Positions 35,541 through 50,460 of a stretch of 64,000 nt of DNA are shown here, piece by piece. The position numbers and the translations under genes are program-made. This DNA comes from the human T2T-CHM13v2.0 reference genome, Homo sapiens, in the NCBI RefSeq assembly GCF_009914755.1, contig NC_060934.1; one strand, written 5' to 3'. Under the pieces are notes generated by a model that worked only from the letters and a program-made list of their open reading frames with translations, was not told where the DNA came from and ran no database searches. Each line of letters opens with the position of its first letter. The stretch's first letter is position 1.

Positions 35541-37019
35541 GTCACATAGATGAATTCACATTTTCTAAAATTTTATGTAAGTGGAATCCTACATTTTGTA
35601 CTCTTTTTTGTCTGGCTTCTCTCACTTACCATAATCACTTTAAGATTCATCCATGTGGTTGCACATATCAACAGTTCATTCATTTTTATAACTAAATAAT
35701 ATTCCATTGTATGAATATACGATAATTTGTTTACCCACTCATCTGCTGATGGAAATTTGGGTTGTATGCAGTTATTGACTATCGCTTCAAATATTTCACA
35801 CAAGTCTCTTATGGATATATGCTTTCATTTATCATGGGTATGTACCTAGAAATGGAATAGCCGAGTCATAAAGTAGCTGTGTTTAACTTTTTAAGAAACT
35901 GCTACACTGTTTTCCAAAGCAGTTGGGCCATTTTACATTTCATCAGCAGTGTATAAAAGTTCTGGTTCTTTCAATTCTCACCAACATTTCATACAGTGAA
36001 TCTGGGGAGTGGTATCTTATTCTTGTTGTAGTTTACATTTCACTAATAACTAATGATGTTGAGCATCTTTTCACGTGCTTATTTGCCATCCATATATATT
36101 CTTTGGTAAAGTGTCTATTAAAAAACCTTTTTCATTTTTAAATTAGACTTTTTTTATTATTGAGCTTTTAGAATTATTCATATATTCTAAATATAAGTCC
36201 TTTATCAAATACATGATTGAAAATACTCTTCTCCAATCCATGTCTTGCCTTCTCATTCTCTTAACAGTGTCTTTTGAAGAGCAAAAGTTCTTCCATTTGA
36301 ACTTTAAATTATCGATGTTTTAGTTTTATGGATTGTGATTTTGGTGCCATATCTAAGAAATCTTCCCCTAACCCAAAATTGCAAAAATGTCCTCCTATGT
36401 TTTTTTAGAAGTTTTGTAATTATAGGTTTTTCACTTGGGTCCATGATCCACTTTAATGCTGTATGTAGTATAAGAAATAGATTATGTTTCCCTTTTTTTC
36501 CATATGGATATCCAGTTGTTCCATCACCCTTTGTCGAAAAGACTATCTTTTCTACACCTAATTGCCTTTTCATCTTTATTGAAGGCCAATTGACAGTATA
36601 TGTATAGGCCAATTTCTGAGCCCTCTATTCTTTGCCCTTGACATTTATGTCTATTTTATTCCAGTATTCCATATTTCAGATTTCTATTGCTCTATGATAA
36701 AGCTTAAAATCTGATACCATAGTTCACCAAATTTTTTTTCAAAATTGTTTTAGCTATTCTAGATATTTTGCATTTCCACATGATTTCTAAATAAGAGTCA
36801 ACATATAGATTTCTATGGAAATGTCACTGTGATTTCAATTGAGATGGAGTTCAATCTATAGATCAATTTGGAGAGAAATGACATTTCAACAATATTGAGT
36901 TTTTTAATCCACCAGAATGATATATCTCTCCATTTATTCAGGACATTTAGAATTTCTCTCAGCAGTGATTTACAGATTTCAGTATACTTGTCTTTCATAT
37001 ATTTTGTAAAATGTACTCC

Positions 37020-37312
37020 TGTGATAGGAAGAATATGACCCCAAAGATGCCTACATCCTGGCTCATGGCCTGGCATCACTGTGACCCCTACTTCCAAAGT
37101 CACGTCTCCATCTATCTGAGTCTGACCCCCTGCCTCCCGCTTATCTGGTCCCTTGCAATGATATTGGGCCCACACGGATAATCCAGGATAACCTCCCCAT
37201 TGCAATATCCTTAATCACATCTTCCAGGGCCATTTTCTTATGTGATGTAACGTATTTACAGATTCTGATGATTAAGCTCTACACATCTTTGGAGGCATAT
37301 TCCTCTTATCAG
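37020..37312. mobile_element. MLT1C/D fragment, rearranged (about 40 bp on +, then about 250 bp on -)
   Basis: tgtgataggaagaatatgaccccaaagatg, followed by antisense gggcccacacggataatccaggataacctcccc...catctttggaggcatattc. Confidence 0.8.
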
Positions 37313-37990
37313 AGGGGTAAATCTTACAAAAGATATGAAAGATCTGTATACTCAAAACTGTAAATCATTGCTAAGAGAAATCCTAAATGACCTAAATAAA
37401 TGAAGAGCTATATCATGCTGGTGGACTGAAAAACTCAATATTGTTGAAACATCAGTTCATTTTTACCTATTGTAAATGGAAATATTTTTAACTTCAATTT
37501 TCATTTGCTCATTTCTAGTATTTGGAAATAAAATTGATTACTATATATTGATCTTTTATCCTGTAACCTTGCTAAGCTCAACTATTAGTTCAAATAGCTT
37601 TTTTGTAAATGCCATAAGATTTTCTACGACACAAGCATGTTGTTTAGGAGTAAACACAGTTTAACTTCTTCCTTTCTGAACAGGATGCCTTTTATTCTTT
37701 GTCTTGCCTTATTGCACTGGATAGAACTATTTACCTGAATCTAACATCGAATGGAAGCGGTGAAAGTGGACATCCTCACCTTATCGTTGAACTTAGGAGG
37801 AAAGTAGCCCATCTCTCACCACCAAGTAGGAATAATGTTGGCTGCAGGTTTTCTATAAATTACTCTATCAGGTTGAAGAAGTTCTCTTCTTTTCCTAAGT
37901 ATCTGAGAGTTGTAATCAGGAATAGATATAGAATCTTGAATTATGCTTTTTATTAATCCATTACGATGGTCATATGTTGTATTTAACCTA

Positions 37991-38182
<192 letters not shown>

Positions 38183-40324
38183 CTAGAAAAATATTGTAAT
38201 CCTGTGCCTTTTCAATATATTGTTGGGATCCTTTAATTGTTGACAATTTTTGTATATATGAGGAATGCTGGTCCGTAGTTTTCTTTTCTTACAATATTTT
38301 TGTAGGGTTTGACATGAGGGCAATACCGGCCTCATACAATGAGTTGGGAAGTCTGCCCTTCTCACACCAGTTTGTGTGGAACTGGTTTCCTATGTCCTTA
38401 AACACTTGGTGGGATTTATTTACTGTGATTATTGGTCTGGGTTATTTTATCTGGGCCAGAAGTGGATACCCCCGTGCATTTGCTTTTCCAGCTCTCCTGG
38501 CACAGACTTTTTCACCTCCAGCTCACAGCCCCCAGTCTCACTCAAGTCCTACAAGTTGGGGCTCCACATGGAGGATATGCAATGGTGATGGGCAGCCCCC
38601 GGGACATGACAGACCCAGTCTATAAAGAGAGAAAGTTTTTGAGCACTCGGGACTCTGTTTTGAAAAGCTGGACACCGAAAGAGGCATCACAAGCACCCAC
38701 TCTCTTCTAATCCTTTGGTCCAGCTGGAAAAGGTAGGTGCCCCTTCCTGCCAGGCCAGTGCCAGGGACAACTCTAACATTTTTGTAAGCTGTTGGGATTT
38801 GGAGACTTAGAATTTAGGTTGAAATAAGTATCTTTTGCTTCATATAAAAAGAAGATACTTAAAATACCCTGTGTTTTCTCTTGGCCTCAGAATGAACTCA
38901 CATCCCAGTCAATGTCTCCTGTCACATGGCCAAATGCACGACATTTAAGAGGACAAAAATGTTCACTCCCTGGCACATAGTAGGTGCTCAATAAATATTT
39001 GTTAAATAAACTGGGGAACAGAGAAATGAGTAAATTAACAGAAGGATCACCTCCAAGATGTCCCATCAGTAGGGGAGGGAGAATCCATGAACTTTCCAAG
39101 TGGGGGGTGATTAGGCCCAGGAAGCCTGCCACACCCACACCCAATCACCCCCAAAACAATGTATAAGATCTGTGCGTTTACCTGGATGTGTGCAGTTTTT
39201 ATATTTTCAGTGGAGTTCAGAAAAAGTTAAGAATTGCATCCTTAGGGCTTCCAAATGTGCTGATGAATGAAGAATATAAACAATATTAATTTGCTTCCCA
39301 TAGCCAAGTTTCCAGCTTATAAGGAATGGGGCCAGGATCAGACTCTCAGGACAGCCTCAGTATCTACACAAGAGGTCTCCTCATCTCAAAGTCCCACAGC
39401 AGAGCTTCATTTGCCATGTCTCCAAGTGTACAATTAGCCTCCCCAAGCAGCAGGCCCTAATGAACCAAACTGATTATGGATCCATCAGAGCTTTCCAGAG
39501 GGGCCATTAGTCCTCACCACAGCCTGGCCAGTGAGAGCACGCCAGGGGGAGGCATGGAGCTCTCCTGAGGAAGGGCCTGAGCCTGAAGATGGTCATTCAT
39601 TCCCTTCAGCCCACTCGGTGCAGGGTCTCACCTTCCCAGAGGAGTGGAGTGGGGTCAGGGGAGCCATACCGAGTGTTCCTCTGTGGATATCAGAGCAGAG
39701 AAATGGGGAGCAGAGTGGGAAAGAGGTGCACAGCTAGGCCTCCCATCACTCTGCTCATCAACAAAGGGGACAGTGTATTTCTGGGAGGCCATGGAATTTT
39801 CTTCATTTCTATTAAATTCCAAAATTATTGAGACTGCAAGAAAGTACCTTGGGCTCTAAAAGGAATTTAAAATGCAGACACATTAATCCAACCTGAAGAA
39901 CCAAACTGTGTTCTCTTAAAATTAAAATAAAGGCTATAGACCATGGAGACTGATAAATGGCTCTCTGGGATGTGCTCAGATGCCCTGGGAGTCCATTAGA
40001 GAGAAAAGGCACCCGGCCTGACCGCCTCACCCTTAACAAGCCAACCAGAACCTCAGCAAAGATGGCAGGACACAAGCTCTAAGATAATTCACTGGAAACA
40101 GGCCTGGGCATTGGGAAAATGTCCACACTCCCTAGATAGACTTCACTGGAGACAGAGGCTGTTCAGAACAAGAGGTCCAGGCAGTGGCCCTGGCTGTCAG
40201 CAATATCCCCTCCTGAAAATTCATCCATCAACACTCCCCTCTGCTGGAGAGGTGGGTGGGAATTGGAGTTAACTTTCAGGAAGGCACAATGGAAACATAC
40301 ATTTAAAAGAATGTGCATATCCTT

Positions 40325-40879
40325 TGTGTAGTTAATCTATTGCTACGTAACAAATCTTTAGAGAATTAAAACAACAAACATCATCTCATAGCTTCTGTGG
40401 GCCCTAAATCCAGGTGTAGCTTGGAGGACTACTTCCCCCTCAAGGTCCCTCACAAGACCTCAGCAGGGCTGCAGTCTCACCTGAAGGCACGACTGCGGGA
40501 GAATCCTCCTCCAAGCTCACTCGCGTGGTTGCTGGAAGGATTCATTTCCCATGCAACTTTGGACCCAGGGCCTCCATTTCCCCAGGCTGTTGGCCAGACC
40601 TCCTTCAGTTCCTTGCCATGTGGACCTCACCATAGGGCAGCTCATAACATGGCAGTCAATTCTCCCCAAGTCAAACAAGAAAGAGAGTATAGGCAAGATG
40701 CAAGTCCATTTTTTGTATGCTAATCTTGAAAGTGATATTCCATCACTTTTGCCTAATTCTATTCATTAGAAGCAAGTCACTAGATTTCAGCCCACACTCA
40801 AGGGGAAGGGATTACACAGCAGGAATGTGTATACCAGCAGGTGGGGGTTACTGGGGCCCAATTCATGGCTGCCTCCATA
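40325..40879 (-). mobile_element. MLT1 (F/G-like) LTR
   Basis: atctattgctacgtaacaaat...ctccaagctcactc...cagcccacactcaagggga. Confidence 0.8.
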
Positions 40880-40889
40880 CCCTGTAGCC

Positions 40890-41320
40890 CCTAAGCCCAC
40901 TTATTGGAAGGTACCCTAAAAGAAATAACTGCACAAGTACAAAGATGTATAGTATAGTGAACACTGGTGTTTAAGACTGTGTACAGTTGAAACCCATCTG
41001 GACTGGCTGATTCGATTATAACACATCCATTTGACAAAATACCAGGCAGTTACAAAACCATGGCATGGAAGAATATTTAGAACATGAGAAAACACTTGTG
41101 ATATAATATTAAGTTTAAAAAGCAGAACACAAAACCATACGCAATATGATTCTGATACTCAAATATGGAGAGAAAATAATACAACCAGAAACAACTACTT
41201 TTTAACATTTCAGAGTGTCTCTAAGTAGTGGGACTATGCATGATTTTCATTTCCTTGTTTAGACTTCCTTGTGTTTTCATAATTTTCTACAATAAGTATG
41301 TATTACTTTTACAATCAGAA
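40890..41320 (+). mobile_element. L1ME 3' fragment
   Basis: ataatattaagtttaaaaagcag...ttttctacaataagtatgtattacttttacaatcagaaaa. Confidence 0.65.
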
Positions 41321-42234
41321 AAGAGACTCTTTTGGGAAGATTTACTTTCCCTGAATGGTGATGGTATTAAGCTTCCTCCCCATACCTAAGTGGCAGAATA
41401 GGGTGAAAGATGGAGCATAAGCCAGGGCCCTATGTGCACAGGGCAGCTAAACAGTGCCCCTGGAGACTGAAGGAGAGAAGATCAGGCCTCAGGCCACTGA
41501 TGGTCCCTATTATGCCCACGAAAAGACACAGCCCTGTCTGTGGAGACACCATGAGCACACAGCTCGGCAAACAGACATGGCCTGTGTTAACCTAGAATAT
41601 GGTGCCCCATCTCTGGACAGACACAGCCCCAATTCAGGATGCACTGCCAGCCAGCACAGCAGGAGCCAGACTTCAGCCCCACTCACCTCCTCAGCCAGGG
41701 GCCTTTGTTCTTGCCTCACCAGTCCTTACCTACCTCGAGAGACCCCCAGCTAGATGGGCTTCAGACCCTGAGTGTGAGCCAACTGGGCAAAACTTGAGTT
41801 CCAGGCATGAGGAGCTCACACATCATCTCCCCGTGGCTCTTGGGTCCCCACTCCTGCCCCGTGGGCAGCCATTAGAAATGGCCTCATTCATAGAAAAGGA
41901 CACACCCATTAAGTGGCTGACCTCAAGCCAAAAAGCAAGGAAGCAAAGGGCCAGAGCTTGCAGACCAGTCTCTGAGTCGTGCTCCAGGGTGCTCTGCACT
42001 CTGAGCTGGACTCATGCCTGTATCTGACCTCGGATGACAATCCTCACTTGCGTGTCCTGCCCCTCGCCACCCAAGCACGTGCCTGGCTCTGTCTGCAGGG
42101 CTTCACTGACTCTGCGTCAGACCCACACTTCTTGCTTCCTCCTGTTTCTTGCTTCCTCCATGCAGAGGACAAGTTGCAATTGGGTGGGCTGCTCAGCCAT
42201 TCACTGTCTGACATGTCCCGAGTGTTTATGTGCA

Positions 42235-42412
42235 CCTCTGTGCCAGGTGCAATGTGAGCTTTTCACACTTGTCATTTCAGGTTCATCCTCAGCAGGCATT
42301 ATTAGCCCTAATTTGTCAAGGAGAAAGCTGAGCCTCAGGAAAGGCAATGAATTTTCTGAGGCCACACAGCCAGGAAGGGCAGGGCTGGGCTGGGAATTGA
42401 ATCTCGTCTGAC
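42235..42412 (-). mobile_element. MIR
   Basis: tgtgccaggtgc...gagaaagctgag...ggccacacagc. Confidence 0.65.
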
Positions 42413-42495
42413 TAGTGCACGATACCTCATCATGTTTGTTCCACAGGAAGAAAACGAAAATTAGAAACAAGGCTGTGTTAGAAAACTCACGTATT

Positions 42496-42800
42496 GGGCA
42501 GGCGCAGCGGCTCACGCTTGTAATCCCAGCACTTTGGGAGGCTGAGGTGGGCGGATCACCAGGTCAGGAGATCGAGACCATCCTGGCTAATACGGTGAAA
42601 CCCCATCTCTACTAAAAATACAAAAAATTAGCCAGGCGTGGTGGCGGGTACCTGTAGTCCCAGCTACTCAGGAGGCTGAGGCAGGAGAATGGCGTGAACC
42701 CAGGAGGCGGAGCTTGCAGTGAGCCGAGATCACGCCACTGCACTCCAGCCTGGGCAACAGTGCGAGACACTGTCTCAAAAAAAGAAAGAAAGAAAGAAAG
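42496..42800 (+). mobile_element. AluY, full length
   Basis: Diagnostic gagatcgagaccatcctggctaa and gaatggcgtgaacc..gagcttgcag; (GAAA)n tail; TSD agaaaac(t/c)cacgt(a/g)tt. Confidence 0.97.
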
Positions 42801-43963
42801 AAAACCCACGTGTTTTATTGCACTTGTGAATGACATGTAATAATTCAAAAGCAAACTCAAGTGGATGGAAAATTCCAGCTGGCTTGTGTTTCCAGGGACT
42901 GGGAGAACTGAGGAGACTAACCTGAGCACCAGGACATGGGGACCTGAGACTGTCCTGCCACCGCCAGCAAGGAGTTGCTGGCAAAGAACCCTCTGTGGCT
43001 CCAGGCTGGGCGACCTGGACTCTTAGGTTACGGAGATAGGAAAGGTCACCCCAACAGAGGATATGGCTTTTGGAACACACAGCAGCCTTGGTACGGCCGG
43101 GCCACTCCCCTGGCCACTCCAGCCTTGCCCCATCCACAGGAAGAGCTGCCAAACCTCCTGGGATGCAGACCCAGCAGCTGAGGTGCCCATGGCCTGGCTG
43201 AGGCAGAGAGGCAGTGTCCCTCCCTGAAGGCACTGGCAGGGGCTCTGAGAGAAAGGGGGTCCCTGTCATTTCATTGTTTGAGTGAATGAAAAATGTCTGG
43301 TGACCTAGCATGGCAAGAGGAGGTCAGGTACCCTTCGTACAGCCTTAGAGATGATCTCCCAAATGGCACCGCCATCTTGGCCTCCCAGTATGCAGTGGGC
43401 TGGGAAATGGCCATGGGCGCAGCCTGGGTGCCCTGAGGGAGGACAGGGAAGTGAGGAGGAAGGGAGGAGAGGTGAATTGTAAAGTACAGACCATGTCAGG
43501 TGTTTCTGTCCACGTTATCCCATTGACCTTCCCGCAACCCTGGGCAGTGGGCATTCCTGTTCTCCCTGTTTTCTAGAAGAGGAAACTGTGACCCTGAGAC
43601 AGGACGAGGCCTTCCCAAGACCACACAGCCAGTGGGAACTGGGCCTAAATACAGGGCCCTGAGGGGAGGGGATGCTCCTTTCCCAGCAAGCCCACGCTCC
43701 ATTCTGAAGAAAGATTTCCAAATTCCCTCAGGGAGGATCTTCAGATATGCTGAGCCTGCCCTTGAAAGACACTGTTCAGGCTTTACTCAGCCATCCCAGT
43801 GCCCCCACGGACCCTGCTTCTCGGCTATTTCCTGGTGCGGGGCCCATGCCGGGTCAGTGACCCCAGAACAATCCACAGCAGCCACCCACCCCTCCAGAGG
43901 ACTCGGCTTACAGGTGTCAGGTGCAGGCAAAGGCATGGGCAACGGCTTCCAGCCAGGAGTCAC

Positions 43964-44382
43964 TGTACTAAGTTGTTCTTGCGTTGCTATAAAGAAATAT
44001 CCGAGACTGGGTAATTTAGAAGAAAAGAGATGTCATTGGCTCATGGTTCTGCAGGCTGTACAGGAAGCATAGCAGCATCTGCTTCTGGAGAGGCCTCAGG
44101 GAGCTTCTAATCATGGCGCAAGGCAAAGGAGGAGGAGGCACTTCACATAGCAAGAACGGGAGCAAGAGAGAGAGAGTGGGGGGGGACGTGCCACACACCT
44201 TTAAATGCCCACATCGCAGGTGAACTCAGAGCGAGAACCCACTCATCATCAAGGGGATGGCCCAAGCCATTCATGAGGGATCCACTCCCAGATTCAAACA
44301 CCTCCCACCAGGCCCCACCTCCAACACTGGGGATCACATTTCAACAGAAGACTTGGAGGGAACCAGCATCCAAACTATATCA
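43964..44382 (-). mobile_element. MSTB-like MaLR solo LTR
   Basis: gttgctataaagaaatatccgagactggg...catccaaactatatca; TSD gtcac/atcac. Confidence 0.92.
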
Positions 44383-44849
44383 ATCACTAGGTCCATCTTC
44401 CAGCTAGAGAGAGGAGGCCGGGGTTCGCCACAGCAGTGCCGTGCCGCCCCAGGGAGGCCCAAGCCCTCGCAGGATCCCCCGCGCCACAGGCCCTCAGTGG
44501 CCAGTGCTATCACACGCCCTGCACAGCCATTCCCTCAGGCCCCCTGTGTTCTCCCACGCCTCTAGGTTTTGAAAGGCAACTGCAAGTTCATTTTTTAGAA
44601 GCCCGTGGACTGCTGTATCTCTGAGGATTTGATAAGAGGAGCTAAAGCCACATGACCCTTATTTGGTGAACTCTGACTCGCTAAAGGAATGCAATGCCCT
44701 TCCATGGGTCACACTTCCACGGCCTCTCTTAGCGAGCTCTGAGGGGTGCTACAGTGACGTTCAGAGCTCGGTACCTGGCCCCTGAAGTCATAGCAAAGCC
44801 CAGTTCTCTGCTGTCCAGGAAAGCACTGGCTCCCTAACGGAGCTCACCT

Positions 44850-45050
44850 GGAAGCAGGTACTGGGCTGTCTGCATGCAGTATTGCTGGACATCCTGCAAT
44901 GACCCTATGAGGTAGGTACTAATGATTATTTCCATTATATAGATAAGGAAACTGAGTCATAGAGAGGGGCCAAGTACTTGCCCAAGGAACTCAGCAAGCC
45001 AGGATTGTGCCCCCAGCAGTCAGAGCCTGTGAACTTAACACCTGGGCTCT
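44850..45050 (-). mobile_element. MIR
   Basis: ccctatgaggtaggtact...agataaggaaactgag. Confidence 0.8.
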
Positions 45051-46224
45051 GGTACTTCCTGGTGCCCTTAGAGATGAGCCAAGGAGGCTCAGAAAGAGAT
45101 TGGCTGCCCGACTTCTCCCAACTAGCCAGTGACCACGCTGGACCTGGGACCTGCGTTCCCTTCTAGATGAAGATCTGGGGAGTACAAAGGAAGAATGAGG
45201 GGTACAAGGTCATCAGCAACACAGACCTGGCAAAGAACCTAGTGTCCCATTTGTGAAGCCTCATAACAGCCCCATCAGAGGAAGCTGAAAACTCAAAAGG
45301 CACCAGGTAAACTCTAAGCCAGTACACCTTGGCTCATGTGTAAGGGGGCAATTTGCAGAGGCAAGGTCCTATCACCAATGGGCTAACCTGCAGGGAGGCA
45401 GAGGATGTGAGAAGCTGCCTGGACCCCTCCTTGCTCCATCTCGTCTTTGCGCAGATGGGGAAGCTGAGCCCCAGAGCATCCAATGTCACACAGCTGGTTA
45501 GGACATGGCCCACTCTCTCCTGTCACCTAATAAGGACGGCTGAGGCAGGGCCTGAGGTGGATGCGCTTGTCTGACTGCCCAGGGCTCTGGTCCCTGCTCA
45601 ACCTTTAAATGGTTTCAGGGCCTCAGGACACCCCCTCTCTCCTCCCCACCCTTCATTTCTCCATTTGTAAAATTATTCAGGTTAAACTAAATATTATTGC
45701 AACCTTCAGCCTCAGCACCCACGATTCCCTTTCAGTCTAAAAGGTTGCTGGCTCTGGACCCAATTAGGATAAATCAATTTCAGACAGTGCCCATCTCCCT
45801 CGGGCTCCACTCTCCCCATCCCGCTCCCATTTGCCTGTCAGCCTCCAGAGTAACCACTTACTGAATTACCAAGAAGCCCATCAGATCAAGAGCGGAGGAA
45901 ATGGCAGAAACCAATCTTAACAAAATGTATTTGATCTGCAAATAAGACGCCATCCCCTTCCCGCCGCAGAGTTTATCATTTTTTATTTAAGCCCAGTGCA
46001 GCCGAGCATATGGACAGCAGCTTGCTTCTGTCTTCGAGAGAGAATAACAGGGCCCAGACACAGGCCGACCCCAGGACAATGGAGCACCCTCTACTCACTG
46101 TGATGGGGGCGCAGGCATAGGAGCCCCTCCTGCTCTCCTTCCTGCAGGACTTCCGTGATGTCTGAAAACTCTCTGTGGGAGTGAGACTTTGTGAAAATTA
46201 CACTGAAGTCATAGTAACGACAGG

Positions 46225-46440
46225 AGCAGCTCCCAAGTCTTGCACACTCATTATGTGCCCAAGGCAGTGCTAAGCATGTCACATGCTATCGCATTTAATC
46301 TCTGGGCCATGGATGCCGTGGCTCTCTCCATTGCACAGGTTAACAAACTGAGGCTCAAAAGGATAAGTACCTTGCCAAGGCCACCTAGCAGCCAATCAAC
46401 AACAGAACCGGGATTTAAATCTGATCTGACTGTGTGTCCT
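46225..46440 (-). mobile_element. MIR
   Basis: aaactgaggctcaaaagg...ggatttaaatc. Confidence 0.7.
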
Positions 46441-46529
46441 GTGCTCCCAACCTCCCCGCCACCTGTCTCGCGAAAGATTGATGGAGTTAAGAGTCTTTGG
46501 GCTCAGACACAGATCTTCTAGAAGGCCCC

Positions 46530-46830
46530 TATGAAAACTGAAACAATGCATTTTCAAAACAATCAGGGAGATTTGATTATGGACTAGATATTAGTGATAC
46601 CAAAGAAACACTTAGGCTGATAGTGATGCTGGCATGTAAGGAGATATCCAGGGTTTTAGAAATGCTCATTGGATTCTGCGGCAATGAGACCTTGTGTCTG
46701 GGGCTTGCTATGAAATCATTCAGGAGACAGAGAAAGGAAATAGGGCAAAAATCTTACTAACTGTTGAATCTGGGTGGCGGCTCTATCTCTACTTTTGAGT
46801 GTATTGAAAATATTCATAATTATATCTTTT
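46530..46830 (+). mobile_element. L1MC-like 3' fragment
   Basis: atggactagatattag..gatacc...ctctacttttgagtgtattgaaaatattcataat. Confidence 0.6.
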
Positions 46831-46849
46831 AAAACACACGCAAAACAAG

Positions 46850-47930
<1,081 letters not shown>

Positions 47931-48509
47931 GAAAACACACACACACAAGCGAGCCGTGCAGCAGAGCCGGAAGCGCCCATATGAAGGCTCTCCAAAGGCT
48001 ATTTTCAGTTGAAAGAAGCAAACAGAGCCACATGGTTTTGCCGAGGCACGGCAAAAATACTCAGGGAACTGCGAGCTGTGGTTATCTCTGGGGAATAAGA
48101 CTGGGGTGGCCAGGAGGTGAGAAACTTGTATTTTCTATTTTTACATCCTTTTATGCTGTTTGAACTTTTCAAAACAGAAAACTATGTCTATGCACTACTT
48201 TGGTGCTAAAAACGAGTTTTCATTTTTTTAATGCAACTGCTGTCGCTGGGACAGAAAGTCATCGCCAACCCCAACAGGTTAGCAGTGACTGCGGGGGTGG
48301 CTGTGCCCTGGCCCCTGCCCTGCAGGAAGGGAACGGTAGCTCTGTTTTCACTGGGAGCTTTAGAGGTGGGCATGGGAGGGATGAGGGGACCGGGTCTGAA
48401 TGAGAAACCGCTCGAGGCCTCGCAGGAGCCTGGAACTGCATGCGAAAGGAAAGGGCTCTGCTCAGGGACAGGAGCATGAACAGAGAGGGAGGAGGAGCCC
48501 CTGGGGTGG

Positions 48510-48640
48510 CCCCTCACAGATTTGAGCATCAAATCTGCAAAACCGAGGCACAGAGAGATGGAATAACTTGCCAAATGTCACACAGGTAGTAAGTAGCAGA
48601 GTTGGCCATGGTTCTGAGATCTTCCCTAACCACCATGCTA
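48510..48640 (-). mobile_element. MIR
   Basis: aaaccgaggcacagagagatggaataacttgcc. Confidence 0.65.
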
Positions 48641-48649
48641 TGGGGCCTC

Positions 48650-49145
48650 TCAGTGGAGACTGAATGACTGGACAGAAGAGATAGAAACCCAAACCAGCAG
48701 CCTCAAACATAAAAGAAAATACATTGTTTCATGAAGCTGAAAAGTCCATGATCCTACTTCAGGCTCAGCTGGATCCAGGTGTTCCAGTGATGGGTAGAGC
48801 TCACCTCCCTCCACCTCACTCTGCTTTCCCCCTAGGTCAGCTCTATTCTCGAGAAGACATCCTCCAGCAGGTGGAAAACATGCTCCCCAGCATTCTAGCT
48901 TCTACCAGCCTGGCAGCCCCCACAAAGCAACAGCAACTCTTTCCAGCAAAACTTCCAAGGCTGGGTCTCACTGGTTGGGCTGGGCCACATCCCTATTCCT
49001 GAACCAATCTGTATGATTTGAGGGAGGTAGAGGAGATGGAGTCAACCACACAACCCCACTCAGAGGAAAAGAGGGTGCTTTCTTCAAGGGAGTATTAAGG
49101 GGCCATTCCCAAAGAATAGATGATAGCAACTTGGGCAGGCAGAAA
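48650..49145 (-). mobile_element. MLT1J/K-like LTR
   Basis: ctgaaaagtcc...cttcaggctcagctggatccagg...cctgaaccaatc. Confidence 0.65.
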
Positions 49146-50139
49146 CATCAGCGTTTCCTCTGAAATGGAAGTGCTTAGAATCCTGCCAGGCAGGGCTGGA
49201 CGGAACAATTATTATTACTACAAGGAGATTCTGAGAGACCTAAATTCACAGAGAGGTTGGCAGGATGCCACTAACATGCCCTGGTCTCAGAAGGAACCAG
49301 GAAGGAGTGTGGCTTTATAGCCATGAGGTCTAAATTCCTCCCTGATTCTGGTACTCACTGGCCATGTGGCCTTGGGAAAGTAAGCCACTGGACTCGGCAT
49401 CAGCATCCTCATCTGAGAAGTAGAACAACAAAGCCTTGCTAGTGAATCGCAATAAAGACTGAAAGACGGGAGGTGTGGGGGGCCTGGCCCGGGCCTTGCA
49501 CACATTAGGGCTCCATCGATGTGTTTTAAGAGGTCTCCTGTCACCAGGTGCCCGCGCTCCTGGACAGCTCTGTGGGCATCTGAACTGAGGACCAGAGCAC
49601 CTTCAAGAAGGCAATTCCTCTTTGCTTTAGTTGTTGGCAGATGTGAACAAAAGGAAATTAAGTAAAAGCCAAGGGTGGAACTTTCTTTAATCTTTTCCAA
49701 GGCACTTGACTCAGCAGTGATAAAAATGCGAGGAGAACCAGCCCCACCAAGCCCTTCAATGTCAAAGATTAGCTCGAAGGTCCCCAGGCCCGGAAGCACC
49801 CTGCTGCAGGACCCCACCGAGGCTTCCTGGGACGCATGGGCTGAAGGCTGGAGAAGAGCAGGAAAGAGGAGGCCATTCCCCACTGCAGCCACCAGTGCAA
49901 GGGCTTACCCAGCTCTGGGCCCAGCACTCAGGCCTTGCTCAACTGGGAGATTCCAGGTGCAGGGGTCTGATTTAGCAGCGGCTGCCCCGTCGAAGCACTC
50001 TGGCACTGTGAAAGGCCACACCGATGGTTCCCAAAGTGGGTGCCATGGGACCCACAGCCCTCAGGGTGCTAATAATAGGTGTGTGGTACACTCCAAGTGA
50101 TTTAAATTTTTGAGAAAATGTGGCTTAAAAATGTCAAGA

Positions 50140-50460
50140 GGCTGGGCGCAGTGGCTCACACCTGTAATCCCAACATTTTGGGAGGCGGAGACAGGAGGAT
50201 CGTTTGAGCCCAGGAGTTCCAGACAAGCATGGGCAACATAAGGAGACCTCATCTCTACATAAAAAATTTAAAAAATTAGCTGAGTGTGGTAGTGCATGCC
50301 TATGATCCCAGCTACTTGGGAGGCTGAGGCAGGAGGATTGCTTGAGCCCAGGAAGTCGAGGCTGCAGAGAGCTATGACAGCACTGCACTGCAGTCTGGGT
50401 GGCAGAGCAAAACCCTGTCTCAAAAATGAAAATACATAAACATTTAAAATTTAAAAAACA
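50140..50460 (+). mobile_element. AluJ, full length
   Basis: ggaggatcgtttgagcccaggag; ggattgcttgagcccagg; TSD aaaaat(g/a)tcaag. Confidence 0.93.
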
